The translations under genes and the position numbers were made by a program. Below the pieces are notes generated by a model. The model ran no database searches and was not told where the DNA came from. It saw nothing but the letters and a program-made list of their open reading frames with translations. Positions 52,094 through 62,849 of a stretch of 64,000 bases of DNA are shown here, one piece after another. Source of the DNA: Octopus vulgaris (Eukaryota); NCBI GenBank assembly GCA_951406725.2, contig OX597818.1, forward strand, positions 20,026,001 to 20,090,000, given 5' to 3'. The number at the start of each line of letters is the position of its first letter. Position 1 is the stretch's first letter.

Positions 52094-53163
52094 GGGAATA
52101 ATTGTTTTATTTTGTAAATATGAAACATAATGAATCATAGACTTACTTGAGATCGCCGTTGTCGCATTAGAGCAGCTTGTGAAGTAGAAGCACCCAGTCG
52201 TACTCTGACTCGTCGTGGCATTCTAAAGGTGAACTTTATGAAGGCTAATTTATTCAAGGTAATATATGAATGTAGCATATATGTATAGAAATATATGAAT
52301 GAAGTGTTATAAGAAAGTGCAAAAATAATGTTCACACTGACTGGTGGTCGCTGTCAGTAACTGCGTTTAGCTTACGGAGTTCTTGTTTTTATAACTATCG
52401 AAAAGCAGCCAGAAGGATAGACATATTGTTGAGAACAAATGATTTCGTTGGAGGTCTGTTATCTCCATTCCAGCCCCTGGTGGCCTAGAAGAGGTTAGAA
52501 GGGTCAAGTAGTAAAGAAATTATTCAGCTTAGCGGAGGCATCTGGGAAATGTTTAACTGCTGTCATTCATAGAAAAACTATTGTTTAACCGTGAGAAAAG
52601 CACTGTTGAAGTGTTAAGTGAAATTTGGCAATCGAGGATCGAATCCACGCTATGCCTACATGAAGCCACTACAAATACGTTGTGGAAAAAAATTTATCTA
52701 CTGTCATGGATAAAGTGTAACTGTAAAAATGCAGAATTATCGGAGTAAAGGGCATTCAAAAAAGTATGTATGTATAGAAATGTATGAATGAAGGTTTAAG
52801 ATTCAAATTAAGGAAGTGCAATAATAATGTTTAGCAATTCAAAACTGTGAGTAGTGAATTAGGTCGGTTGAGCGATGGTTCAAAGGAACATAAACAATGA
52901 AATGGGTTATTTCCCTTGACTGTTTAAAAAATAGTGTGGTGGTATAAGTTATTTCCCTTGGGTGTTTAAAAAAATTAGTTATATAAAGTAGATATAAAGG
53001 TCCCTTCCAGGTGCCGTATTATCGATTTTTTCAACAATCTAAGTATGTCACAAGGTTTCCAGACATGAGTTGTACTCACGTATCAAGTTTCATCAGAATA
53101 AATAAAACAATGTAGGAGGAGTTAGCTAACAATGCCACAAACAAACACACACTACATATGTAG

Positions 53164-53199
<36 letters not shown>

Positions 53200-53209
<10 letters not shown>

Positions 53210-55670
53210 AAATAGTGAAAAAACTACAGAAGGCTTGTTTTAAAAGGTTAAAAAATATATATTTGAGTCATTATGTTTGAAGAATGTTATAAATTTTTTT
53301 CATACAATGACATAGTTTTTGAAGAAATGACCGGTTTCGCGTTCAGCTTTTCAAATTTCTTACATCGTTATGTTTACGTCGAGAAGTGTGAAGAAAGAGT
53401 TCCAGATAAGGGGAGGTAATAAGTGATTTCTTCCGGTGTAAGGGAGATAATCGCTTAATATTTTTTGCCATTTTTTGAGTGAGTTTCTCTGTATAAGAAT
53501 ATTGGAATGGTTAAGTTTGGGCTTGTATTTTTCAATGAAGAATATTTCCTTGTTTAGTCTAATTTGTGTTGGTGTTCCGATAGCACATTGGTAAAATGGA
53601 AAGATTAAAAATTGTGGTAGTAGTTGCTTTGCGCATTTCTCAATGTGCTCACTAAAGGGTATCATTCTGTATTCTGGGAATGTAATCTGTTGTCGATGCA
53701 GTGTGCATCTACGTTTAAACCATTAAAAAATCACCAAAGACATATATACACACACCTAACCCGGGGGACCTAAAACTACGACCCATTGTAGCTGGCCCAA
53801 TCTGTGAAACACACAGACTAAGTCTATTTATGGACATCCTCCTGAAACCCTTCCTTAAACATATCGATAGCCATATCAGAGATGACTTAATTATGTTAAA
53901 CCACCTTCCAAAAAAAGCCAAGGAAGAAACAATCATGGTTTCATTTGATGTAGTTAACTTATATACCAGTATACCTCATAATTATGGACTAGAGGCAATA
54001 CAGTTCTGGCTGGACCAATTTCCGGAAGAAATACCAAAAAGGATCAGTAAAGAATTCATTACTAAATCAATTGAATTCATCCTACATAATAACCACTTCA
54101 TGTTTGACAATACATTTTACCGTCAAAAATCCGGAATTGCTATGGGTACAAGGGCAGCACCAGTCATTGCGAACCTAACAATGGGCTACCTGGAAATAAT
54201 CATTTACAAAGAATCTTTATCAATCTTTGGAAACCCCTCTCTCAATACATAAAAGAGAATTGGAAACGATTCCTGGACGATTGTTTTATACTCTGGAATG
54301 AAAACACAGATAAACACCTAAAATTCAAAAACCTATTGAATAGCATAAACCCAAATATACAGTTCACAATGGAATACAACCAAAAGGAGCTCCCGTTCTT
54401 GGATATACTAATTAAAAAAATTAACCTTAAAATAGAAACAGACATTTTTTACAAAGCCACAGATGCCAAACAATACCTTCTTTTAATTCATGCCACCCAA
54501 GACACACTAAAACAAACATCCCCTTCAACCTTGCAAGAAGGATATGCACAATAGTATCAGAACAAAATACCAGGAACTTTAGACTGCAAGAACTCAAAAA
54601 CACCCTAATTGACAGACATTACCCAGCTCAACTCATAGAGGATGGGATCAGATGTGCAACAGAAATCAACATAGAAACTTTGAGAAAAGTTCAACACAAC
54701 AACACACCTTTCCCGAAAATACTACCTTACATATCCACATACAACCCATGAAACAAAGAAGCCTTCACCATCATCACCCAGAATTTACCAATACTTCATA
54801 AGGACCCCAAATTAAAGGAAATTCTAAACATACACCAAATCATTAAAAGCTACAACCTAAATCACTTAAAAAGATTCTCACAAAGGCAAAATTGTTTTCT
54901 GAAATTACGGATGCAAAAGTAAAAAAATGTGCTAGACCGAACTGTGCAACATGTCCAAACCTGCTAGAAGGATCAGAATTCCTCTTCAAAGAGGGACAGA
55001 AATTCAAGATCAAATCTAATTTTACTTGTGCCTCTGAAAACATAATTTATGTCATAAAATGATCGGGCTGCCACCAAAACTACGTGGGGTCCACGGGACT
55101 ATCACTCAGACGTATATGCACACTGCATCGACAACAGATTGCATTCCCAGAATACAGAATGATACCCTTTAGTGAGCACATTGAGAAATGCGCAAAGCAA
55201 CTACTAACACAATTTTAGATCTTTCTATTTTACCAATGTGCTATCGGAACACCAACACAAATTAGACTAAACAAGGAAACATTCTTCATTGAAAAATACA
55301 AGCCCAAACTTAACCATTCCAATATTCTTATACAGAGAAACTCACTCAAAAAAAAAAGGCAAAAAATATTAAGCGATTATCTCCCTTACACCGGAAGAAA
55401 TCACTTATTACCTCCCCTTATCTGGAACTCTTTCTTCACACTTCTCGATGTAAACATAACAATGTAAGAAATTTGAAAAGCTGAATGCGAAACTGGTCAT
55501 TTCTTCAAAAACTATGTCATTGTATGAAAAAAATTTATAACATTCTTCAGACATAATGACTCAAATATATATTTATTAACCTTTTAAAACAAGCCTTCTG
55601 TAGTTTTTTCACTTTTTACTATTTTCTATATATTCAACCACGTGCTTTCACACACACCAACTTTCTCACC
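53200..55670 (+). mobile_element. Penelope-like retroelement (Neptune-type RT + GIY-YIG), 5'-truncated, with inverted pLTR
   Basis: RT motifs LRPIVAG, VSFDVVNLYTSIP, YRQKSGIAMGT, WKRFLDDCF and LPFLDI; Cys linker C..P.CATC; endonuclease NIIYVIK.SGCHQNYVGST. 53200-53714 is the reverse complement of 55110-55632. Flanked by (CA)/(TA) runs. Confidence 0.93.
55467..55504 (+). ncRNA. Minimal hammerhead motif with U3-A8 core in the pLTR (second copy at 53323-53360 on -)
   Basis: agaaat-TTGAAAA-gc(tgaat)gc-GAAAC-tg-GTC-atttct. The left-arm copy has the palindromic stem III ACCGGT. Confidence 0.65.
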
Positions 55671-56039
55671 TATATATATATATATATATATACACATAGG
55701 AGAGTATTGTAGTTCGCTTGAAGCATTGTGTATTGTTTTTAAAATATATTGTGTCTTGAATGGACAAAATGCATTATAATAACCACCATGGATTATATTA
55801 ACTGTTATAATTTAATCATCCATAGTCTGATATAATATTTTGGAACACAAAAATTCCTTCTTCAGATATCACTAGGAATTAACTCGATCAATTCTTAGTA
55901 TGAATGGTAAGCTTTTCGTTCTTTTGTTTAATTGTGTTGGATGTTGTTGTAAAAATAGTTCAATAGCCCAAAACTGATGACCACTTGGATAACATATCTC
56001 TACAAAAGAAAACTTCTTTACGAAGAAAAATTTTGAGCC

Positions 56040-57261
56040 TTTTTAAGCTAAATCTTTTAATGCTTCATTGAACACACCTGAAACGTAGCACAATTAAAAC
56101 TTTGGTATTATTTGAAACAGTAGTGCGTCTCTTCTTTGTTCCTAACTAAAAATAGATTTATCTTTCATTCTGGTTACCCTTTATTGACAGTTGAAATGGA
56201 TGGCCAAAAATTCGCTTTTTAAAAAAAGGAGAAAATACTGCAAAGACTTGCAAAAACATTTGTGAAGCTTATGAGAATGATGTTGTAAGTGAATCAACTG
56301 TTCGAAGGTGGTTTGCAAAATTTAAAGCTGGAGAGTTTAACTTGGAAGATAACAGTCACAGTGGAAGACCTTCAAAATTGGATGAAGATGTTTTGAAGGC
56401 AAAATCGTAGAAAACTTAAATATCAGGAGTAGAGAACTTGCAGAGGAGTTGGAAGTTTCTAAAAGTACAGCTCATGAACATCTAATGAAGCTATAATGTA
56501 TGGGTCCCTCACAAACTCTCAGAAAAGAATTGCTTAGACTGGTATTCTGTTTGTGATATGCTTTGGAAACGGAATGAAAACATGCCTTTTTTTAAACAAC
56601 TTGTGACTGGAGATGAAAAACGGATTGTGTTCGAAAACGTAGTGCGAAAAAGTTCCCGGAGTTTGCGTAAGATTCTCCCAAAACAGCAGCCAAAGACGAA
56701 TACCCATGCCAAAAAAGTAATGCTTTGTGTTTGGTGGTACCATAAAGACATTATTTATTATGAGCTTCTCCCACAAAACCAAGCCATTAATTCTGATGCG
56801 TATTGTCGTCAGCTGGTTAATTTGAATAAAAAAATCAAAGAATTGAGGCTGGAGATTGTCAACAGGAAAGGAGTAGTGTTCCAACAAGACAATGCCCGGC
56901 TACATGTGCCTTTGGCTACCCGAACAAAGTTACATGAACATGGCTGGGATCTCTTATCCCATTCACCATATTCTCCTGATATTATGCCATTCGACTACCA
57001 CTTGTTTTTATCTCTACAGAACTCATTGTAAGGGAAAACATTTAACGATTTAGATGGAGTCAAAATGAACCTAGATAACTTTTTTTCTCCCAAACCAGTC
57101 AAATTCTATGCTGATGGAATATTTAAATTACCTGATAGATGGGCAAAGGTCATTAATAATAATGGAAATTATTTCATTGAATAAAATTTATTGAAAGATC
57201 AATTATTTATATCCTTTTTTGCATATTAAACAATGCTCAGAACTTTCCGGACAACTTAATA
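56040..57261 (+). mobile_element. Mariner (DD34D) element, inactivated
   Basis: WVPHKLSEKN, LVTGDEKRIVF, KVMLCVWW, QQDNARLH and HSPYSPDIMPFDYHLFLSLQNSL, with premature stops; right TIR-like gaactttccggacaacttaata. Confidence 0.93.
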
Positions 57262-57283
57262 TATACGTGCCCATAGATACATG

Positions 57284-57910
57284 CAGTAGTGGCCAAAATT
57301 AGAGAACAAAAATGAAATTTAAAGATATTTATATTTCTACTTCATTTTCCTGAATGGGATCTTTACTGTATATACTTTAGAGTGTGTTCATTATTTTCAA
57401 TAAATTTTGCAGGAAGTGATTTATAACTCGGTAATTTATAATAGAGAAAATGTTTATGTAAAAATACAAGATGGACAAAATTAGAGAGTGTATGGTGTCA
57501 AATTAAAAAAGTAAAATCTGGCAACACTCTGACCGATTTAAACTATGATTTATATTGAACAGTAGTGAATTAATAACCATGGAAAGCAACGTAAAGCTGA
57601 TGAAAGCCTCAGGAAGCGAGTGGTCACATTGAAAAAAGAAGGAATGGTAATTTCTGCTATCGCCAGAGACATTAACAGATCAAAGAGTGTCGTTTCAAGA
57701 ATATTCAAGCTTTATGAAGAAACAAGCTCGTTCGTATCATTAAAAAAACGAGGTTAGACCGTGGAAAACAGGTGTTTGGCAAGACCGTGTGATTCAGAGG
57801 CTGTCATTAAGAGATCATTTCAGTACTACTTTAGGAATTTCTTGCCAAGTAAATTGTGATTATATAATGAATGTGTCTCGTAAGATTGAGTCTTGTCGTT
57901 TGAAGGAAGT
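57284..57910 (+). mobile_element. Tc1-like element 5' fragment
   Basis: Starts cagtagtggccaaaatt (Tc1-like TIR); paired-like HTH remnant AIARDINRSKSVVSRIFKLYEETSS. Confidence 0.7.
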
Positions 57911-59769
57911 TGTTGTTGGTGGTGGTTGCTTTTGCAATATTTTAATCTAGGCAAAAATGACGAGAACACCTGTGACTTAGATTCATTATCAGTAGATTAA
58001 AATTTTTAGCCTGTTGATATGTTAAATTGGGCATTTCATGAAATAGTCTCAAGACATCTAGAATTGATTATCTGTGACTTGAGTCTTGCTTTATATTTTG
58101 CTATTAATATAACTAGTTTTAACTAAAAAAATTTTTTTTTATAGGAAGAGTGCTTAGTTCTTTATTCATTTGATCATTTTTTCTTTTGTAAACTGCGATT
58201 AATAAAAATTTGACGCGTTCTATATATATTATATTTATGCATTTTATATTTATATATTATATTCATGTGTTATGATTTTGCAGGAAGAGAAAGATTGCAA
58301 GTTGAAAGAGTAAGTCTACAGTATCTGATGAAATTCTTACTCTGCTAATATATCTGTATATTTATGGCAGGATTTCATCTATTCTTTGGAAAAGCTCCAA
58401 AATATAAATCTGTTCTTTCACTATCAATTGTCCAAGTTTCGGATTCTCTTATATATTTTTTAATACTTTAAAACTAGATAGAGACAGAGAAGACAGCAGA
58501 GGATGAACAAGAGAAAGAGGGGGTGGGAAGGAAAAAGAGAGAAAGATAAAGAAGGATATGAGAATAAAGAAAGATATGAGGAAAGATATATTTATAAGCT
58601 TAACTAATTTTGTAATTTTCTTCTGTAAAGGAATACTTTATTTGACCATTTTTGTCTCGATGTGCAACTGAAAACCAAAATCCCAAACCCAAAAGTTACA
58701 TATTTTCTCCACAGAATTATTGTATATTGTTGTTTTATAAGTATAAACAAGTTTCTAACAACCATATTTCCACCAAAGAATTTAATCCACTTCTCATTTC
58801 GCTTTTTCCTTTGATCGATTTCACAAAAGTACCAAAATAAGGTGATTCACTGAAGACAATTTGCTTCCAAACGGATCAATAGCATCTTTTCTGAACTCAG
58901 TGAAGATCTTTACAGTATTCTAGCTCCTCTGTTGCCCAGTTCTTTATTAATTTTTCTTTTCTTTCTTCCAAAGACTTAGTAGTATAAATATCAATAACTG
59001 CAGTAATACAACACAAATAAAATATTTATGCATTTCAAACAAAATATACTTCTATTCAAAAAAGGCGTTTGTTATATTCCTCAGTGTATACAAATTATTC
59101 ATCCATAATCATATTTTGATTTGTAGCATGTCTGTACTAGCTTGGGTTTAAAACATGCATTTTTGGATCTCAAGTAGGCTCAGACGACACCATAAGTTTT
59201 CAGTCTGTGATTGGCTGAATAAACAAGCTCCCTCGAACAGGTGCTCTCTGCTACATCCATGTCCAATCGAGTTCCTTGGCCTTCTTCTAAATGACTCCTT
59301 GCATGCAGTTTTGTTCTATCGCATTAACACTGGTCTCTCTCTCTCACACAAGAACATTCTTCGTCCACGTGCGCTAGCAGTATAGACCAAACTCAATATC
59401 GTTATCTCATGCTTATTAGAAACACTTCTATCAAGTATCTTTTTGTATATACAAAGCAAACCTAATGTCTTCACTTACTCATTCATTACACATCAGAGAC
59501 ATCTCTATTAAACACTACACATCTCTATGCGGAGCTCTATGCAAGGCAATTCATGTGCAATCAACTGCAATCAGCAACTAACATCGCCGACATCGTCATC
59601 TTCAACTAACAACCATGGAATAACAACCCGACGTGAGGACAACTTTTTTCGAACTAATAACCAATGGACAACATTAAGGTGGTGGTATCAACAAACCGCC
59701 ACACTGGTGACCTCAGAACCTTTATATTCATAAAGCAAATTTTCCTTTGCTATGGATTTTACAAAATTG

Positions 59770-60451
59770 GGATATTTTCCTTTTGAACGGCAGTTTTCAA
59801 CACAATTTCTAGTTAACTAAACACTTTTAAACTTCGTATACTGGTAGAATGTGTCAAAATAAAACATTTTTTTCTCTTGGCTTTCTTGAGAAAATTGTAA
59901 TTTGTAAGTTTAACGTAGTTTAATTTTTCGAATTTTAACCAATCCTATGGCCTCTATTGAGCTAAAATCATTTGCTGCGTCTAAAACAGACAGCATCCTG
60001 TCACTAACCCTAACCCTAAATTTTAGCCTTTCGTTTTTTTTCTTAATTGTTAAATTAATTTAAGGATAACAATTAAGAAAAAAAAACGAAAGGCTAAAAC
60101 GAAAGCAAAAACTCAAAACAAAAACAAAACGAATAATTTTAGACACACGCGTAACAATTAAATTAATTTAACAATTAAGAAAAAAAAACGAAAGGCTAAA
60201 ATTTAGGGTTAGGGTTAGGGTGAGGGTTAGGGTTAGTGATAGGATGTTGTCTCAGTTTTAGATGCAGCAAATGATTTTAGTTCAATAGAGGCCATAGGAT
60301 TGGTTAAAATTCGAAAAATTAAACTACGTTAAACTTACAAATTACAATTTTCTCAAGAAAGCCAAGACACATTCTACCAGTATACGAAGTTTAAAAGCGT
60401 TTAGTTAACTAGAAATTGTTTTGAAAACTGCTGTTCAAAAGGAAAAGATCC
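59770..60451. mobile_element. Foldback/MITE with ~280-bp inverted arms and internal telomere-type repeats
   Basis: Ends ggatattttccttttgaacggcag and cagcagt-complement ctgctgttcaaaaggaaaagatcc. Near-perfect 8-bp TSD caaaattg/taaaattg. (CCCTAA)n near 60004-60020 and (TTAGGG)n near 60203-60236. Confidence 0.9.
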
Positions 60452-61299
60452 TAAAATTGTGAAGATTCTGAATATCCGTTGTTTAAAACATATAAATCCA
60501 AAGATCTTTGTTTTTAAAGTCCCAAGGAAAAAAAATTAGATGGGTATGACGGTTTAAAAAAAAAATTTACACTTGAATAAATGTGCCCATCAATTATACC
60601 TTAACTTATTTATTATATTGACTCCGCAAGAAAGTAAAGTAAAGTCTACGTCGGCGAATTCAGCCCAGAATGTAAATGGAAATTACTCGTTACGGGAAAA
60701 CATTTTGTCTGATGCTACGCCGGTCTTGTCAACCCACGCCCTGGATAACCAATAACTGTATTGGGTTGTGTCATAGTTCCCTGCTGTCCGGGGAGGAGGG
60801 AAACAAACAATTTTAGCTTGGAAAAAAAGTAGCATTTTATTTGAATACAATTAGGGTAATAAAAGAAAACTATTTAAAATAAGTTATTTACCAGTAGTTA
60901 ATGACTTGTACACAATTTATATATGATGGCATTACACATGTGAGAAGATAACATTTTCATTAATTTACTATCAGTCCTGTGCATTACATTATTGAGACTG
61001 ATTGAAATATTACCCTTAACAGATGTTTCAACAATTACTGTATAACTGGTCTTCACTTCAGCTTTATTATTCTTATTTTAGGATGTATGACGAAAGGTTT
61101 AAGATTAAAAAAATACTAAAATAAGAATAAGATTTCAACAATTAACATTACTTTTACTTGTTACATTTTATTATTTTTTAAAAATAGAATTCATATTCAC
61201 TTGAGAAATTTTAACGTCGGAAAACGCCGACTGAACAAGGGACACAATTCCAAAGCAGGGAGAGTGATCTCCCTTGAATCATATGTCACTATAACAAAG

Positions 61300-61477
61300 A
61301 TGGCATCCAGCGATGTTGGTGGTCAGTGCGACAAGAGCGAAGAAGATGTGGCGGAACGTAGATGTCTACATATGGAAAAATTTGTGGAAGCAACAGTTCT
61401 CAAAGACATGTTGGATGAATTAAAGAATGTAGGCGAAGATATTCGTGCCCAGGAGGTGGCTTTACAGAATTTTAAAG
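61300..61477 (+). CDS. TBCD: Tubulin-specific chaperone D, first coding exon (MASSDVGGQCDKSEEDVAERRCLHMEKFVEATVLKDMLDELKNVGEDIRAQEVALQNFK); the rest of the gene lies beyond the window
   Basis: aaagATGG start and phase-1 donor aaag|gtagtg. The peptide resembles the recalled human TBCD N-terminus ([34 protein letters not shown]), with the intron at the equivalent position. Confidence 0.78.
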
Positions 61478-61865
61478 GTAGTGTTGTTTTAGCAGTATTA
61501 ACTTAATGCTTTCGTAACTAACTTTCGGCGTTCTTTGTTAGTACATACATATTCAGATAGATAGGTAGATGCTTGTGAGAAAAATTTTATACACACGCAT
61601 TATATATATAGCTTTTAGTATTGTTAACTGAAAAACTATTATAGGGAATAACAAACATTTACCGATGTGACTTTTAGGGTTAAATTTAATGATATTAAAG
61701 TTGAGTGGGACTTCTAGCTTCGCTTTCATGGCCTATACAACTACTCTATTGTGTGTGTGTACGTATGTATGTAAGTATGTATATGAGTGGTCTTTCGAAT
61801 TAATCAGAAGTGTGTTCGTGCTAACTGATGGTAGGAGTGCACGTTTACAATATTGGAATTAGTGT

Positions 61866-62088
61866 GAGCTGGCAGAAACGTTAGCACGCCGGGCGAAATG
61901 CGTAGCCGTATTTCGTGTGCCGTTACGTTGAGTTCAAATTCCGCCGAGGTCGACTTTGCCTTTCATCCTTTCGGGGTCGATAAATAAAGTACCAGTTACG
62001 CACTGGGGTCGATGTAATCGACTTAATCCGATTGTCTGTCCTTGTTTGTCCTCTCAGTGTTTAGCCCCTTGTGGGTAATAAAGAAATA
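61866..62088 (+). mobile_element. Young MetaSINE-like element with 11-bp TSD in TBCD intron 1
   Basis: B-box gagttcaaattcc and central domain gaggtcgactttgcctttcatcctttcggggtcgataaa..agtacc. TSD ggaattagtgt at 61855-61865 and 62089-62099. Confidence 0.9.
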
Positions 62089-62849
62089 GGAATTAGTGTA
62101 CGATGAATATGGTAAACTGACAATATTACAGAAGATACTGTAAACATCATAACTATATAAAAGCTAAACATTTTATAAGTTTATTTAACATTACAGCATG
62201 TAAATAAGAATTACTGTAGATTCTTAATTTGATTTAATTGTGGCAGAAAATAGATGAACTTGTCGAATGGGAGACAGGTACAGACGATAACTTAGTAGAG
62301 TCTGAAGTAACTAAAAAGGGGTGAGTCACGAGCAGGTGTGTCATTGATATCACGCTGCATCAAAGTTGAGATCAAACTGGCTTGGAAAATGCGTCGAGTT
62401 CCACTTGTTTACTGACTAATGCTACTTCCCGATAATAATGTTCTTTAAGGTTCTAAGATGTTGAGAAAATCGGATTGTTGTTTCTCCATCGAAATTGTGG
62501 TGATGAAATTAATAAATCACGTTAAAATCACAGGAAGTTGTTGATGCCATCACCTAGAAATCTTAAGAATGCATTGTTAACAGTAAATTTAAATTGGAAT
62601 AAATAAGATATGGTACATGTATTCATACGAATCTATGTTTTTGTCATTCATTTTGAATCCCCACAATTTCGCTTTTATTCATTCATTTCATGAACCCATG
62701 TATCACATATTTGATGGGGAAACAGCACGATTTTCTTCTAAAATTCTACTATGTGGTCAATGTTCATAATTTCCTAATGAATTCTCTGTAAATTATAATT
62801 TGAAAATGGCAGTATATATTTAAGTTATACCTAATATACTTCAAAATTG

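Larger units (their letters stand above)
49634..53165 (-). mobile_element. Decayed, internally deleted Helitron (PIF1-type helicase remnant)
   Basis: Helicase motifs FLDSPCGTGKTF, VASSGIA, IIWDEATM, LLAGDFRQTL, VMLLRNLDPPKLCNG, RLQFPLKLSF and INKAQGQ, plus upstream FPLHRRYPTAVNLAVHLE. 3' end CTAG|t at 49634-49637 with a degenerate hairpin. The 5' end is approximate. Confidence 0.92.

Noticed and set aside
60004-60236. Telomere or chromosome-fusion site
   Set aside because: Only a few units, placed symmetrically inside a TSD-flanked foldback element.
61201-61299. N-terminal extension of the TBCD ORF from a TTG start
   Set aside because: The non-ATG start is an artefact of the ORF caller. The ATG at 61300 has good context and matches the homologous N-terminus.
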